NCBI GenBank assembly: GCA_013239625.1 | Contig: MU054001.1 | Span: 4,566,167 to 4,630,166, forward strand | DNA from: Lama guanicoe | Taxonomy: Eukaryota | DNA: 64,000 bases | Reading direction: 5' to 3' | Shown: one piece after another, positions 48,630-60,435 of the stretch | Layout: each line of letters starts with the position of its first letter | Position numbering within the stretch: position 1 is the first letter of the stretch | Made by a program: the position numbers and the translations under genes | Notes under the pieces: model-generated | What the model saw: only the letters and a program-made list of their open reading frames with translations | Databases searched by the model: none | Told to the model about the DNA's origin: nothing

Positions 48630-48784
48630 CAGTGGTTCTCAAGCTCTAACATGCATCAGAATCACCTGGAAGGCTTGTGAAAACACAGATTGCCGGACCC
48701 CCACCCCCGGGGATTCTGCATTTCTAGCAAGCTTCCAGGTAATGTTGCTGTTGCAGGTCTGGGGCTGCATTCAGAGAAGCACTG
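48630..48784 (-). mobile_element. MER5A (internally deleted)
   Basis: Terminal inverted repeats CAGTGGTTCTC / GAGAAGCACTG; tgcatcagaatcacctggaaggcttg...ctgcatttctagcaagcttccaggt. Confidence 0.85.
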
Positions 48785-50169
48785 CTTTGGGCAAGTGTAA
48801 AAAGTGCTCATCACAGAACTTACCATCTGATGAGGGCACATAGCTGCTTTTTCAAAGAAGAGCCACATGGTAGGGAACGTTGTCCAGGACCTGGGAGCTG
48901 GGGTACTTGAGTTCTGGGATTTTGTTACCTTGTTAGCCCCCATCTCTTCCCCCACAGTGAGCTATTTCTCTTCTCTGGGACTTTCTTTCCCTTTCTGTGA
49001 AATGGGTTAATAAGGGCTTGACTTCAGGCAGCAGCTGAGGAAACACCTCCAAGCGCCCGCCCTCTGATGCCCCGCATTCCCGGCTTTGAGCTAAAGATAC
49101 ACTTGGGAACATTTGCTCTGGCCTTGTGAGCCCATGGGCTGGCTTCTGGACAAATGCTCGGGCTCCCCAGGCTCCACTGCATCATCAGATAAGTGGGGAT
49201 TTTGAGGACTCCCTAAGGTGGGGGCCGGGAAGGTGAAGTGGGAGCCAGGAGGTGGGATGCTTGGCATGGTGCCTGGTGCCACTGGGACTCTGTGACGGTT
49301 GCTTTCCTGGGGGAGAGTCCTGGCTCTGACCCAGTTCTGCTCCAGCTGGACATGCCTCTAAGTGTAGGGTAAGAGGAGGGTGTGTGTGTGTGAATGTGTG
49401 TGGTATGCGTTTGCCGTACAGATGTGTTTGAAGGGAAGGGAAGCTATAGACTAGGACAAGAGAAGGCCAATAGATTTTAACCCACTTTGTTGAGCTTTTG
49501 GAGCTGCATCTGTGCCCAGTAAGAAGAGTGCGCTGATGGATTAGCAGTGTCCACAGTGGATGCAGGATAGGGGAGCTGGGGCAGGCATGCAGCTTGTATT
49601 CTATCCTTGGTCTAGTGAAAAAAATTTTTTTCCTAGTACTTAAAGAAAACTTGAAGTGTTTCGACCTTGATTACCCTATTTTTCACATTATCACCATCAT
49701 ATCATCATTTTCTTTCTTTCTTTTTTCAATTAGAGAAGAGTGGAGGAAAGGAAGCAAATTTCTGCAAGGTTGCCCAAAACAGAGATTCTGCTAGGATTGT
49801 AGCCTCTGTTCCTTCTGCAGTTACCTCCCAGTTCTTCTCCTTTGGGGTGTGTGGGGTGCTGATGGGAGGATTGGAAAGGGGGAGGGACATGAGATGGCAC
49901 AGAAGTGGATCCCCTTGGCTGTGAACTCCAGATGGTCCCACATTTAGGGATGCCTTCCCTGTACCATGGCGGGAACTAGAGGGCTGTGGGGCCAAAAGAT
50001 CCAGAGCCTTTCCTCCAGGTGGGGTGGGGCGAATCTCAGCGGGAAACTTGATCTCTCTGAGCCCTCCCATCTGTACAAGCTGAGTGAAACCTGGGTAGTG
50101 AGCCTGGGGGAAGAAAGGGCAGCTTGAATTATCCCCGTAAATGCTAATATTAACCGTGTATTTTACCTT

Positions 50170-50350
50170 ATGCTGTGTACTTCAGGAATACCACCTCATT
50201 TAGTCCTTCTGACACTCCTGGGAGGTGGGTATGAACGTTATCCTCTTTTTACAGAGGAGGAGACTGAAGGTCAGAGTGGGTCAAGCATCTGGCCCCAGAT
50301 CTGATGGCCCATAAGCGGCAGAGCTGGGGATGGTCCTGAGAGCCCTGTTC
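50170..50350 (-). mobile_element. MIR
   Basis: ctcatttagtcct...gaggtgggta...ttttacagaggaggagactgaaggtcagag...ggcagagctgggat. Confidence 0.75.
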
Positions 50351-52909
50351 CAGGGCCCACTTCCTGAACCCTTCCATTTATAGCTTCTCTACAGATACCC
50401 TCATCCAGCTCATCTGTCCTGCTGGATGAGTTCTGTGGATGACTTCCGGAAGAGGCACTTTCCCAGTAAGGATGGACCAACTTCCCGTCTGGAGTTCTTG
50501 GACTATTCCTGGAGGCCTCCCATGCTCCCTGTTGTATAGACAAGCAATGCAAGGAGAGAAAAGGAAGACAGTGGCTGAGCAAGATCAAGGCTTCCGATCT
50601 CTCTGCCCAAGATAGGCCAGGGGAACGGTTTATGAAAAGTTTTCAGTAATGTTGCATCTTTTCGAGGGTGCTGTTTCTAAGTTAGGCATTTTAGGGGAAA
50701 GTCAAATATTGCCAAACTGCTATAACAATATGTTACGAAGCTGCTGACTTGGAGACCCACTCACTAGCCCTTGGTGAGTCTACACAACAGGTTTTCCTCC
50801 AATGTTGAAACATATCACATTTTTGTGTGTGTTTTTGAAAAACACTAGATCTGGTGGCGGAAGTCTTCTGGTTAGGAGCCATGTTGTCCAAAAATAGACT
50901 TCTTTAAATCCTCAACCCATCCTCCTGATGGTGAGGTGCTCACGTGGCGGGGGTGTGGGTGGAGACTGATGGGAGAGTCCCGTCCCTCCTCTCACACCCT
51001 CACTTAGGGCGGGCGCTCACTGAGGAAGAGGGCAAGTGTCTTCCCTGCACCGTTTGAAGTGTTAGTTTCTTCTCTTTTCAGCAAGTGGCTGGGGAATCAT
51101 GGCATTAAATAAACGGGTTTGTGATGTGCCCCTCCTCTGAGGGTCTGAGCTTGGTGTGAGAGGGCTGGCACTGGGGGTCTCGGGTAGTTTTAGCTCTGGC
51201 TGCAGAGAACCTGCACTCTTCCGTGCCATGACTCCCCCAGCCCCACCCACTGCCCACCCCCCATCCCTACCAGAGAGGAGCCTGGAAAGTGTGCGCCCAC
51301 TGGTTGGGTTTGTTTGCCCCTGACCCTGATCGTTTTGCCCTGAAGCCTGATGCCAGAGATGGTCATGAGCTATGCGTGACAGCACATCTGTGTGAACTAG
51401 AAAAAAGGCCGAGTGTGCCTTTTTGCAGAAACATGGGTACCCCTTCCTCTGGGTGTTCATAGCCCTGAACCAGGACACACTGCTTGGTGGACAGGCTGTG
51501 GGCTAAATTTCAAGCCTCTGTCACTACCTCTGCTGGGCCCCTTGTGCAGTGCACAAACTGCACAGCCATACACAACAGTCCTTTCTGCTTTACGCTTTTT
51601 GTTCCTTGAAGTTGCTTAGGACAAAGTGAGGAGCAGTGATGCTCCGTCTCATGTTTGACAATGAGAATCTGGGCTGTCAGAGTGTCCTTTACTTCCCCAG
51701 GCCCTGGCCTGGTGTGAGCGAGAGGGTTTCCCCAAATATGAGCTGAGGAGAGGCAGCCTTGTGCCCCTTGCTGGGCTCACCACCTCCGCTGGGGCAGGAT
51801 TGCTTTTAGGGAGCCTCTGTCAGGCCAGGGTGGGTCCAGCCCTTCCCTAAGGGTGAGATGATCCCTGGACCAAAACCAGCAAAGCATAAAGAGGTCCCCT
51901 AAGACCTTGGGGACACCAGCCAGAGGTGGGGCCAGCCGAGAAGAATTTCCAAATAAAAGCCATTAGTTCAGTGGTTCTTAAACACTTTTTTTTGGGGGGG
52001 GGTTGTTCTAGATCTTTTTGATGAAAACTATGGATCTTTTCCCCAGAAAAGTGCCTCTTTGCACACATGTCCAGGGATTTATATCCAGGGAGCAGGGCCT
52101 TCTCAGATGCTTGAAGCCAGGCTGAGCAGCTGGCCCTGGTGTGGATTTGGGGGAAAAAGGGGGCCTTCTGGGCCCCGCTGGGGGCCTCCTCGATGCCTGC
52201 CTCTGTTCGTTTCTCTCGTTCACCTCCTGACACTGTCTGCCTTAGAACCTGTGCCTGAGCTCTCCTGCCTCTTACCTGCACCTTGGCTGCCAGCCCAGAT
52301 CCTGCCTGACTTTCACCAGCACCATGTGGAGCCCCTGGTCTAACTGTTGGGTTCCAGAGCCCTGTTTCTAGCCCCTCCACTCAGCCCCTGCCCCCACCCC
52401 CACTTCTGTTCACTTCCCCAGCTCCATTCCTCTGCATCTTCAAGGTAATGAGGAGCCCTGGCGAGCGGGTACTCCTCCCCAGGCCAGAGCAAGTGGCACT
52501 GGAGAAGTGACTTATCCAGGTGCCCACCTAGCACCACCTGCTCCATGCTGCTGGGTTCCCAATCCACAGGTCCAGCACACAGGCTTTGGGTCTCACTGGC
52601 ATCTCGTTGATGGTGGCGAAGTCATCCTGGTGCATAGGGGGGCAAGTTATGGGTTCTCCCAGGGTTGGGGGGTTGTGGTCACTTAGGAGCCTGCTGCTGA
52701 GTTGGGAGGCAGTGTCTGGTGGGGCTCACAGGTGTATACACCCATGGGGCAATCAGCCAACTACAATTTGTGGCCCCAGAGCAGAGAGAGAACACAGGGT
52801 TTTGATCTGGCTGAAGCCCTGAGAGAGCCTCAGAATCTTTCTTAACACATCCCAGGAACCATGGTGAATACACTCTGTACACTCTGCAATGTGCACGCAG
52901 GCCCCGTGC

Positions 52910-53066
52910 CCCCTTTCCTTGCATACACACTTTGTCATATGTCCCCTCTCCGTGTGTATACACTTGCTGCCACACCCCCACCTGGATGTTCACACTCACT
53001 CTGTGCCCCCTCCCTGTGTTTACACACTGGCCCCCATACTCTCTCCCTTTGTGGACACACTGGCCT
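52910..53066. repeat. Degenerate minisatellite, about 31-bp unit, about 5 copies
   Basis: Recurring cccct(c/t)(c/t)cc..tg(t)g..(t)acacact unit. Confidence 0.55.
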
Positions 53067-53558
53067 GGTGCACACACCGTGTGTTGACAAATGCCCATCA
53101 TTCACAGGAGTGGATGTCCCTGTGTTCCCTTTGAGACCCGGCAGGGTGGAGGGGTGTGTTTTGGCCTCCACGATGCCAAGTACCTTATAAATTAAAAAGT
53201 TGGAGGTTGAGTCTGGGGACGTCTCTAGAAAGCACCTAGCTCCCCTGGCTGACTGGGCAGCCCCTTAGCGTGTTGTCCACTCTGGCCTCTGAGATGCTCA
53301 CTCCTTGGTGTTGATGGGGCCTCTGTAGCAGAATTCCCCTTTAGGGATGCCTCGGGCCCCCAGAGAATGCCGCTGCCGCTGTGGGCTCCGCTGCCCCCAG
53401 CAAGTGCCTGGCTCCAGCTGTAGGGGAGGCCTTCCTCCTCTGTGCCCATTGTCCCTGCCATCATCTTATTGTGGAAGAGACCAGACTGGACAGAAGAGGC
53501 CGGCTGGAGGCGAGGAGAGCCTCCGCTCGTTTGCAGGGTCGGGTAGCACAGGGCCTCG

Positions 53559-53700
53559 TGATGGCGGCGGTGGGGCTGGGCAGTACTTTTCCTCATCAGG
53601 AATGTACAAAGGATGGTATAGTTATACTTTCAGAAAACAAAATGTGGGCCAGGGGATGGGATGTTAGTGGGGTAGTGCATTCATGCCCATGTCACTCGGC
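53559..53700 (+). repeat. Local direct duplication, copy 1
   Basis: About 93% identical by manual alignment to 54501-54643. Confidence 0.95.
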
Positions 53701-54500
53701 AGGCTGGTCCATGGGCTCCTGGCTGTGAGGGATGTGGTCCCGGAGATGCCAGTGTGTGATGCAGCCAGTCGCCCGGAGCGATGTCTGCCACTTTGAACTT
53801 CCCCAGCCAGCCAACCTCGTCTTCCCTTTTCCCAACTCTGCAGGCCTATCGTCCCCGGGAACCTAGCCTTGAATCCCCCCAAGAGCTCCAAAGTAGTAGC
53901 AAATGTTTTCTCATTCTCTTTCCCATGATGGCTGAAGCCAGATCTTAGGGAGGGAAGGATTTGGCATTTTGGGGACATCCTCCAGTTCAATAACTTGGGA
54001 GGTCACAGTTCCCAACCAAAGAATGTGGAGTGAACCCAAGTGTGGGGGCTCTTTGCCTCATACCTGGAGTACGTGGAGGATGAAGGGAGAGCTAGGCTCA
54101 TGCCTTCATGTCTTGGTTCTTGTGGTTAATGAGGTCCAGGGACCCACACAGGCACTGTTGGAGGTGTCCTATGGAATGGCGGCATGATGACCTTACATAT
54201 TGGCAGCAATCTCTTAATAGAAGCAATTTGTATTATATATTAAAGTAAGTAAACGGTGAAATGTGAAGGAAACTGATTTTCAGGTGTGGGAATGGAAGTC
54301 GCTAACAAATGCTCCTTGTCCGATGCGGGGTCTTGATTCATATTTACCAGAACGCATATTTGATCCCCCAGCTGTAAGTAGCTTCGGTCCCAGCTCAGAT
54401 CTGCTCTGCATTTCATTGTCTTGATTCTGAGTTTCTACCCTCAGGATGCAAACTTGGGGAAGAGAGAGCCCTTGGTCAGCATTCCTCGGCCTGAGCTCAC

Positions 54501-54643
54501 TGATGGCGGCGGCGGGGCTGGGCAGTACTTTCCCTCATCAGGAATGTACGAAGGATGGTGTCGTTATACCTTCAGAAAACAAAACGTGGGCCAGGGGATG
54601 GGATGTTAGTGGGGTGAGTGCATTTGTGCCCATGTCACTCGGC
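54501..54643 (+). repeat. Local direct duplication, copy 2
   Basis: 9 substitutions and 1 indel versus 53559-53700; followed by a 15-bp re-duplication GTGCCCATGTCACTC (54648-54662). Confidence 0.95.
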
Positions 54644-54814
54644 CAGTGTGCCCATGTCACTCAGGATGTGCCCTCTTGGGCGAGCTGTTTCCGGGGGTTA
54701 AAAGAAAATGTGCCCTGTGAGGCTCTATTGGGGGTGGGGTAAGGCCAGGAATAGCTGTCTCCGAGAGCTGGTCCAGCTCTGGCACCAAACCCACCCGAGC
54801 AGACGACAGGCATC

Positions 54815-54975
54815 ATCCCATGGAATCTTTCCAATAGCCCTGTGGCTTAGGTACCATTTTTAATCTCTGTTTTTGAGACGAGAAAACTGAAGCCTAGAGG
54901 TTGAACAATTTGCTCAAGGTCATACAACTAATTAGAGGTAGAATCAGGATTTGAACCCAGTGTCTGACCACAAGC
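54815..54975 (-). mobile_element. MIR
   Basis: gagaaaactgaagcctagaggttgaacaatttgctcaaggtcatacaacta...aggatttgaacccagtgtctgac. Confidence 0.85.
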
Positions 54976-56216
54976 CAGCCTGCTTGCTTCACTCATTGCT
55001 CAGCTGCCCAGCAGGCTGTGTAGCTGCCTTCTGGTCCTGAGCTGTTGGGATTCTGGAGAGCATCTTCTGTGTCTCAGTCAGCGGGAGTTTCAGGAGCAGT
55101 CTTTGAGACGGACGGTCCTAAGTTTCAGCCCCAACTCTGCGTGGACTCTTCCTACCTGTAGGACCTCGGGCACATCACGTCACCTCTCAAAGTCTGTTGA
55201 CGAGGATTAGACACACTCACAGCACAGGGTCTGGCTCACAGCGTGTGCCCTTGTAGAGACAGCTATAGTGCAAAGAGAACTGGGTGGTACGTGCTGGCTT
55301 CAGCCTGCATGTGTGTAGAACTTCAGAGCCTGTTAAATCTGAAAAATACTGTGTATGCACATTTTTGGCTTAAACAAAGTTCCATTTTACAAAGTCCATA
55401 ACCTGGCTTTAATATTACTACATGCCCCAGACTGGGATTAATTCCAGGAAAAGAGCTTTATTATGCTGTATAGAATTTCTCCCATGTTCTCCTAATGCAT
55501 GGCCTCAACCTCCACCAGCCTGCTCTTGCATGGGGTGGTGGGGACACCCCATCCTTTCCCAGCTTCGTCCTGTGGGCTCATGGGTGGGGTGGAGAGGTGA
55601 GTTGCTTTCTGATGCCACCGGCCCAGGACTGCTGACCACGTATCCTGAGGTCTGTCTGTGGGTCAGTTCTCAGTGTAGAGAATAGCACACCATGCTTTGC
55701 CAACCTCTGAGAATGAATGACCTTGCTTGTTTCTTGGAATAATCAAGAAAGCCTTCACATTCTCAGTGGTGGTCCAAGGAGAACGATGTCTGGAGATATC
55801 AGGGAGAGGTCTGAATCTTCGTTCTATTCCTGTGAATGGCAGATGGCTTTATGTCAAGTGAATACTCTGATTATAGGTAGTAATGGCCTGTGGCACTGTG
55901 TAGAGAGAGATTCCAATGATGCGTCTGGTTTGAGGCAGTGCTGTGATTGATTTGTGATGTCTGCCTGGGGCACAGGGATGGGGAAACCATACGATACAAC
56001 ACTTGTTTGCTATTTATGTTTTATTCTGATTATTTTACAACTCTGTGAAACTAGCAGAGGCCTCTTTGTCGGCTTCACCCCTTTGCCCCTTGTCGTGGGT
56101 GTTACGGGGACCCCCACAAATGATCCTTCCTCCTTGCCCTGTGCCCCACTGCCCTCTCCGATGACCTGTTTGCACAGCTTCAAAACTCACAGGCCTGTCT
56201 CTTTTCTCTCTTTCAG

Positions 56217-56276
56217 TTGAAGAGGGGGAGGCCTCGGACTTCTCGCTGGCCTGGGATTCCTCCGTGACAGCATCAG
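56217..56276 (+). CDS. ZNF423: Internal coding exon (60 nt, phase 1-1) of zinc finger protein 423; the exon following the NuRD-motif first exon
   Basis: Acceptor ctgtctcttttctctctttcAG (AG 56215-56216), branch-like CTCAC at 56186-56190, donor CAG|GTAAAT. It reads (G)TT GAA GAG GGG GAG GCC TCG GAC TTC TCG CTG GCC TGG GAT TCC TCC GTG ACA GCA TCA G = [20 protein letters not shown](G), matching the recalled ZNF423 sequence ...[26 protein letters not shown]... Confidence 0.95.
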
Positions 56277-59200
56277 GTAAATAAATGCCTGGGAGCTGGT
56301 GGGAGAATTGGTGGGGGTCCCCAGGGGGCTGGCTCAGGAACTCAGAAAGCCACCCAGCTGGTTATGGAAATCAAATTCTCCCTGTCACATTCCTGTCTCC
56401 AGTCCAGACTACCCTGTGCAACATGATTTTTCCATCAGTTCCATATGGTCAATAAAATCTATTACACACGGAGACTAATATGCCCTTAATCCCCTGGGGG
56501 CCATGTTTCCGTCTCATGGGTACGTTCAGATGGGCCACCCCCCCGACCCTCCCCAACTACGTGGGCTTTAAAGCTCTCTGCCATGGGCGTCGTTGCACGT
56601 TCATTCCAGTCTAATTGCATAAAAGCCACTGTAATGGAATGCTTAAACTGTAGTAGAAATCAGAATTCCTTTATTTCCCTTCCTGGAAGGGGCTGCATTA
56701 CACTGTTGGGCCAGCAGACCCGAGAGCCCATGCCTCCAGGGGGAGGAAATAGGGGGAAGTCAGACTTGTGGGGTTTGTGGCCATCAGGGGTGATGGGGCA
56801 ACTTGACAGAGGGCTTGGGTTTTTGGCTCAGTTCTGCCCTCACATAATTTCCTACTCTGTGCCTCAGTTTCCCCAGCTATAAGATGAGGTGGATGAATGA
56901 GGTCTCTCTCACTGTAAGGCTCGGTCACTTGGAGCTGCCCGTGAAGCTTGGGGTTGGATCTGGCTTGGGGTCCTTAGGAGCTCCTGAGAGGAGGTCCTGA
57001 CTCTCCTGTTTGCTGGTCATCCAGCCAGCACCTCTCTTGGTCGCTGGCCCCGGCTTCCTATCTGGTAGGCGCCAGGCTCTCCTGCCTTGTCCCCTGTCCC
57101 AGGATCCTGACCAGCTGGCTCTGGCTCCATGGGTGAGCTGGAGCCAGTCCAGGCTTGTGGACTCTTGGGCCTGAGAAGACCTCCGAGGGAGTCATTCAGT
57201 CCAACTCCATCTCTCTCAGATGTGGAAACTGAGGCCAGGAGGGAGATATGCTCTGCGTCAGTAGTTCCAAAAACGTGGTGGTAGGCATCCGGCATATAAA
57301 CACTTAACACGTTGAATTTTTGATTTTATGGCTCATGTGATTTAAGATGATGTGGACGTTATTTAAGTGAGAAAATTGAGTTGACAAAGTGGTTGGATTC
57401 GGCAAAAATCGTAAAGAATAGTTCACAGATAACTGAAATTTGGGAAATGCTGGTACAGATTGGGTGGAAGTGGGGGATGGGGAGCCAGCACTCGAACCCA
57501 GGTTCCTGGACTCCCGGTCCAGTGCTCTTTGCAGCAGGATCTGTGCTTCTTGGAGAGTCTGGAGGGTCCTGGTTGGGTCCTGGCTGACCCAGGCTTAGGT
57601 GCTCTTGTGTCTGCAAGTGCCTGGCCCTTGGTGACAGGGGCTCCCTCCATGGCAGGGGCTTTGTGTGAAGCCAGGATGGGGAGATGCTCAAATCCTTTGG
57701 GGGAGAGTTCAGAGTTAGGACAGACCTTGGGGTCCACACTGAGTATGAGAGGGGAAGGGGCTGTGTGGCCCCTGTCCTGTCCCCTTCTGTGTGGGAGAGA
57801 TGCGCTCCCCATGGTTAGAGGAAACACAGTGAGGTTATAAAGCTCTACACCTCATCCAGGCGCCCCAGCAGATGTGGGTGTATGTGTGCTCAGGCTTGCC
57901 GCCAGCTCTGAAGAGGATCCCCACTGTGCTCTGAACCCCCACACTGGGAAAGCGCCCAGCCTGGTCATGTCCGTATAAGGTCCTCCCTCCCAGCTGCTTT
58001 CCTAGTGGTGCCAGAGGCAATGAGGACAGGCTGGGACAGCAGCAGGGTGCAAGGAGGCATTGGCAGTGTTGCGATAGATGGTGGACAGAGAGCCCTGTGT
58101 GGGGGGCATCAGGCACCCAGGCTGCATCTCTAAGGCCGGTCTGCAGATGGCAGGGGTGATGCCAAGGGGGCCTGCGGGCTGCGGTGCTCTGATGTGGCAG
58201 TAGAATGGCCAGCCCTAGAGCCTCTCGGGGGCACTCAGGAGTGACGAAGTTTGTGGGATTTGCCAGTTTCCAGCCAAGAGCCCAGCACGCCCCACACGTG
58301 TGTGCAGAAAGAGGTGCACGACTCCTCATGAGTCCCTCTGGGCCCTAGGGACTCCACAGTGCCAGTCAGCCTTGGATTGTCTGTCGGAGACAGGGAAGGG
58401 AGGGCAGAGCCTCCCGGGCATTGGATAATCCACAGCCAGGCAATGGATTGTTTTGTTTGCTTTGGCCCATCGCTGATGATTTTTTTACAGTGCACGCATG
58501 TGATAAATTTTCCTTCCCAGTTTTGTTGGTCTTGGGCTATTAAAGTCAGTTTGTATTCCCTGAGCACGGGGTTTGCAAAATAGCTCAAATCCTGGGTGGG
58601 AGGATGAAGTCGGTTTGGGAGGCAGCCCTGGACATGGCGCGTGGACGTTTAGTGAGCACTTACTAAGTATGTGCCAGGCACGGAGCAAACCTTTACCTCC
58701 AGTATCTCATTGAGTCATCATGACCACCCTATGAGGTGGGTGCTGTTTCCAGCAGCAACTCCAGAATTTCTCTGTGGGCTGGACTGGGGGCCGCCATCTG
58801 GTAGAGGACAGGGCCAAAGGCCTGGTTGACGCTGCTTTGGTATAACGCTTTTCATTAAGCTGAGAAAATGTCACTTGGCTGCATCAGAGAATGGGGGCAG
58901 GTGCCAAGGAAGATTATGGGGGAGCAAAGCCTCCCCAAGCCACTCTTGGCACTGTTACTGAGAATTACCATCCTCATTTGGTGGATGAGGGAAGGAGGCT
59001 TGGAGCCGCGCAGTAGCGGATCCATGGTCCCCAGCCAGGATGCTGAGGAGCAGGGACTTGAACCCGGGTCCTCCTGCAGCCAGAGCCTGGGATTTAACCG
59101 CTGCACTGCCTGGCACTGGGAGGTGGACAGCTGTGCAGAGCCCTGAAGGTGTTGTGGGGGCTTTGGGAAGGTCCCCAGCAGAACAGGGCCCAAGGTGGCC

Positions 59201-59949
59201 ACGGAGGATCTCTGGGCTCAGCAGACCAGAGCAGGCAGGGTGAGGTGAAGAGGGTGAGCGGAGAGCACCTTCCCAGCACTGCAGAGCTGTGAGCACAGGG
59301 CAGCTTGCTTCATCGGGGCCCAGCCTGCCTGGGGTGTGAGCTTCCCCTCGTCCGCTTTTCCTGGCTCTGGGCACATGATGGAGAACTCCAATAAAGAAGC
59401 GGCATGCACAGTGGCCTCCTGTGCCCGTGGGGACCCTGTGGCCACCGCTCCCAGGAACAACCTAGCCTGCTCTGTCTGTGCCTTTGAATTGAGGCCCTGA
59501 CAGTGATGGAGATCCCAGCCTGGCCTGGCAGGGAGGGGAGCAGTGATCGGCTCACAGCAGTATTCTCCTGTCCAGCCAGGGGGCCACGGTAGGAGGGCGC
59601 GCTGGCCCACTCTCACCTCTCTGCTGGCAAGCACAGGGCTGCTGATAGCGGAGCCCAGGGGAGGGAGAAATTCTTAACCTGTTTTGAATCACTGATGCCT
59701 TTGCACATCCAATGGAAAGAAGCGTGTGGATTCTCTTCCTAAACACACTGAGTGTTTTGTGTATGATTTCAGGGGGGCTCACAGATCACTCCCAAGCTCT
59801 TCTCCCTACCTCGCCAGGCCACAAGCTCGAACTCCTTATATATGTGAGAGTCCTTGTGAAAGCCCTGCAGGGGTCTCACACTCAAAGGCCCACTCGAGGC
59901 GGGCTGGTGGCACAGGTGAGCAGGCCGGCTGGGGAGGGGCTGCTATTGG

Positions 59950-60435
59950 AGCAGCTGGTGTGCCAGGGCACCTGGGCCCAGATTCCCCCCATCATCTGAG
60001 TTTTTCGAAGAGAAGCCAGAAAGCTGGATTTTCATATGAAATCATCAGATTAAAAAATTAGCAGCTCATCTTTTTTTGGAGGGGCTGGTAATTAAGTTTA
60101 TTTATCTATTTATTTAATGGAGGTACTGGGGATTGAACCCAGGACCTCATGCATGCTAGGCATGCACTCTACCACTGAGCTGTCCCTTCTGTCAGCTCAT
60201 ATCTTTTTAAAGCAGCTTTATTAAGACGTAGTATGAGGGTTTCAGTTTCTCCACATCTCACTCATACTTGGATTTTTTCCTTTTCTTCTTTTTTTTTTTT
60301 TTTGGTGGATTCTAGCCTTCCTAGATGTAAAGTGGTATTTCATTTTTGACAATTCACGCATTTGAAAAACACTGTTCAGGCCAAAGAAAGTCCCTCTGCC
60401 AGCTGGTTTCAGCCTGGCCACCAGCAGAAGGCTAC
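59950..60435 (-). mobile_element. MER102/Charlie4-like hAT element interrupted by a SINE and an L1 fragment
   Basis: tttttcgaagagaagccagaaagctggattttcatatgaaatc before the SINE; aaaaacactgttcaggccaaa...ggccaccag after ~60350. Confidence 0.55.
60071..60192 (-). mobile_element. Vic-1-type camelid tRNA-Ala-derived SINE
   Basis: Reverse complement AGCTCAGTGGTAGAGTGCATGCCTAGCATGCATGAGGTCCTGGGTTCAATCCCCAGTACCTCCATTAAATAAATAGATAAATAAACTTAATTACC...A7: A box, B box and A-rich tail. TSD CAGCTCAT at 60062-60069 and 60193-60200. Confidence 0.88.

Larger units (their letters stand above)
1..56216 (+). other. ZNF423: Large intron upstream of the VEEGEAS exon (intron 1 of the NuRD-motif isoform); 5' end outside the window
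   Basis: Ends at the acceptor at 56215-56216; no MSRRKQAKPRSVK-coding exon is seen in the window; repeat-rich non-coding composition. Confidence 0.85.

Noticed and set aside
49612..49636. Palindrome GA7T7C with CTAG flanks
   Set aside because: Low complexity and too short for a pre-miRNA or MITE.
56191..56216. Alternative in-frame acceptor 24 nt upstream of the exon
   Set aside because: The AG lies immediately after the likely branch point and has no pyrimidine tract of its own.
60120..60190. tRNA-Ala(AGC) gene
   Set aside because: The acceptor stem does not pair well, and the A-rich tail and TSD identify a SINE.
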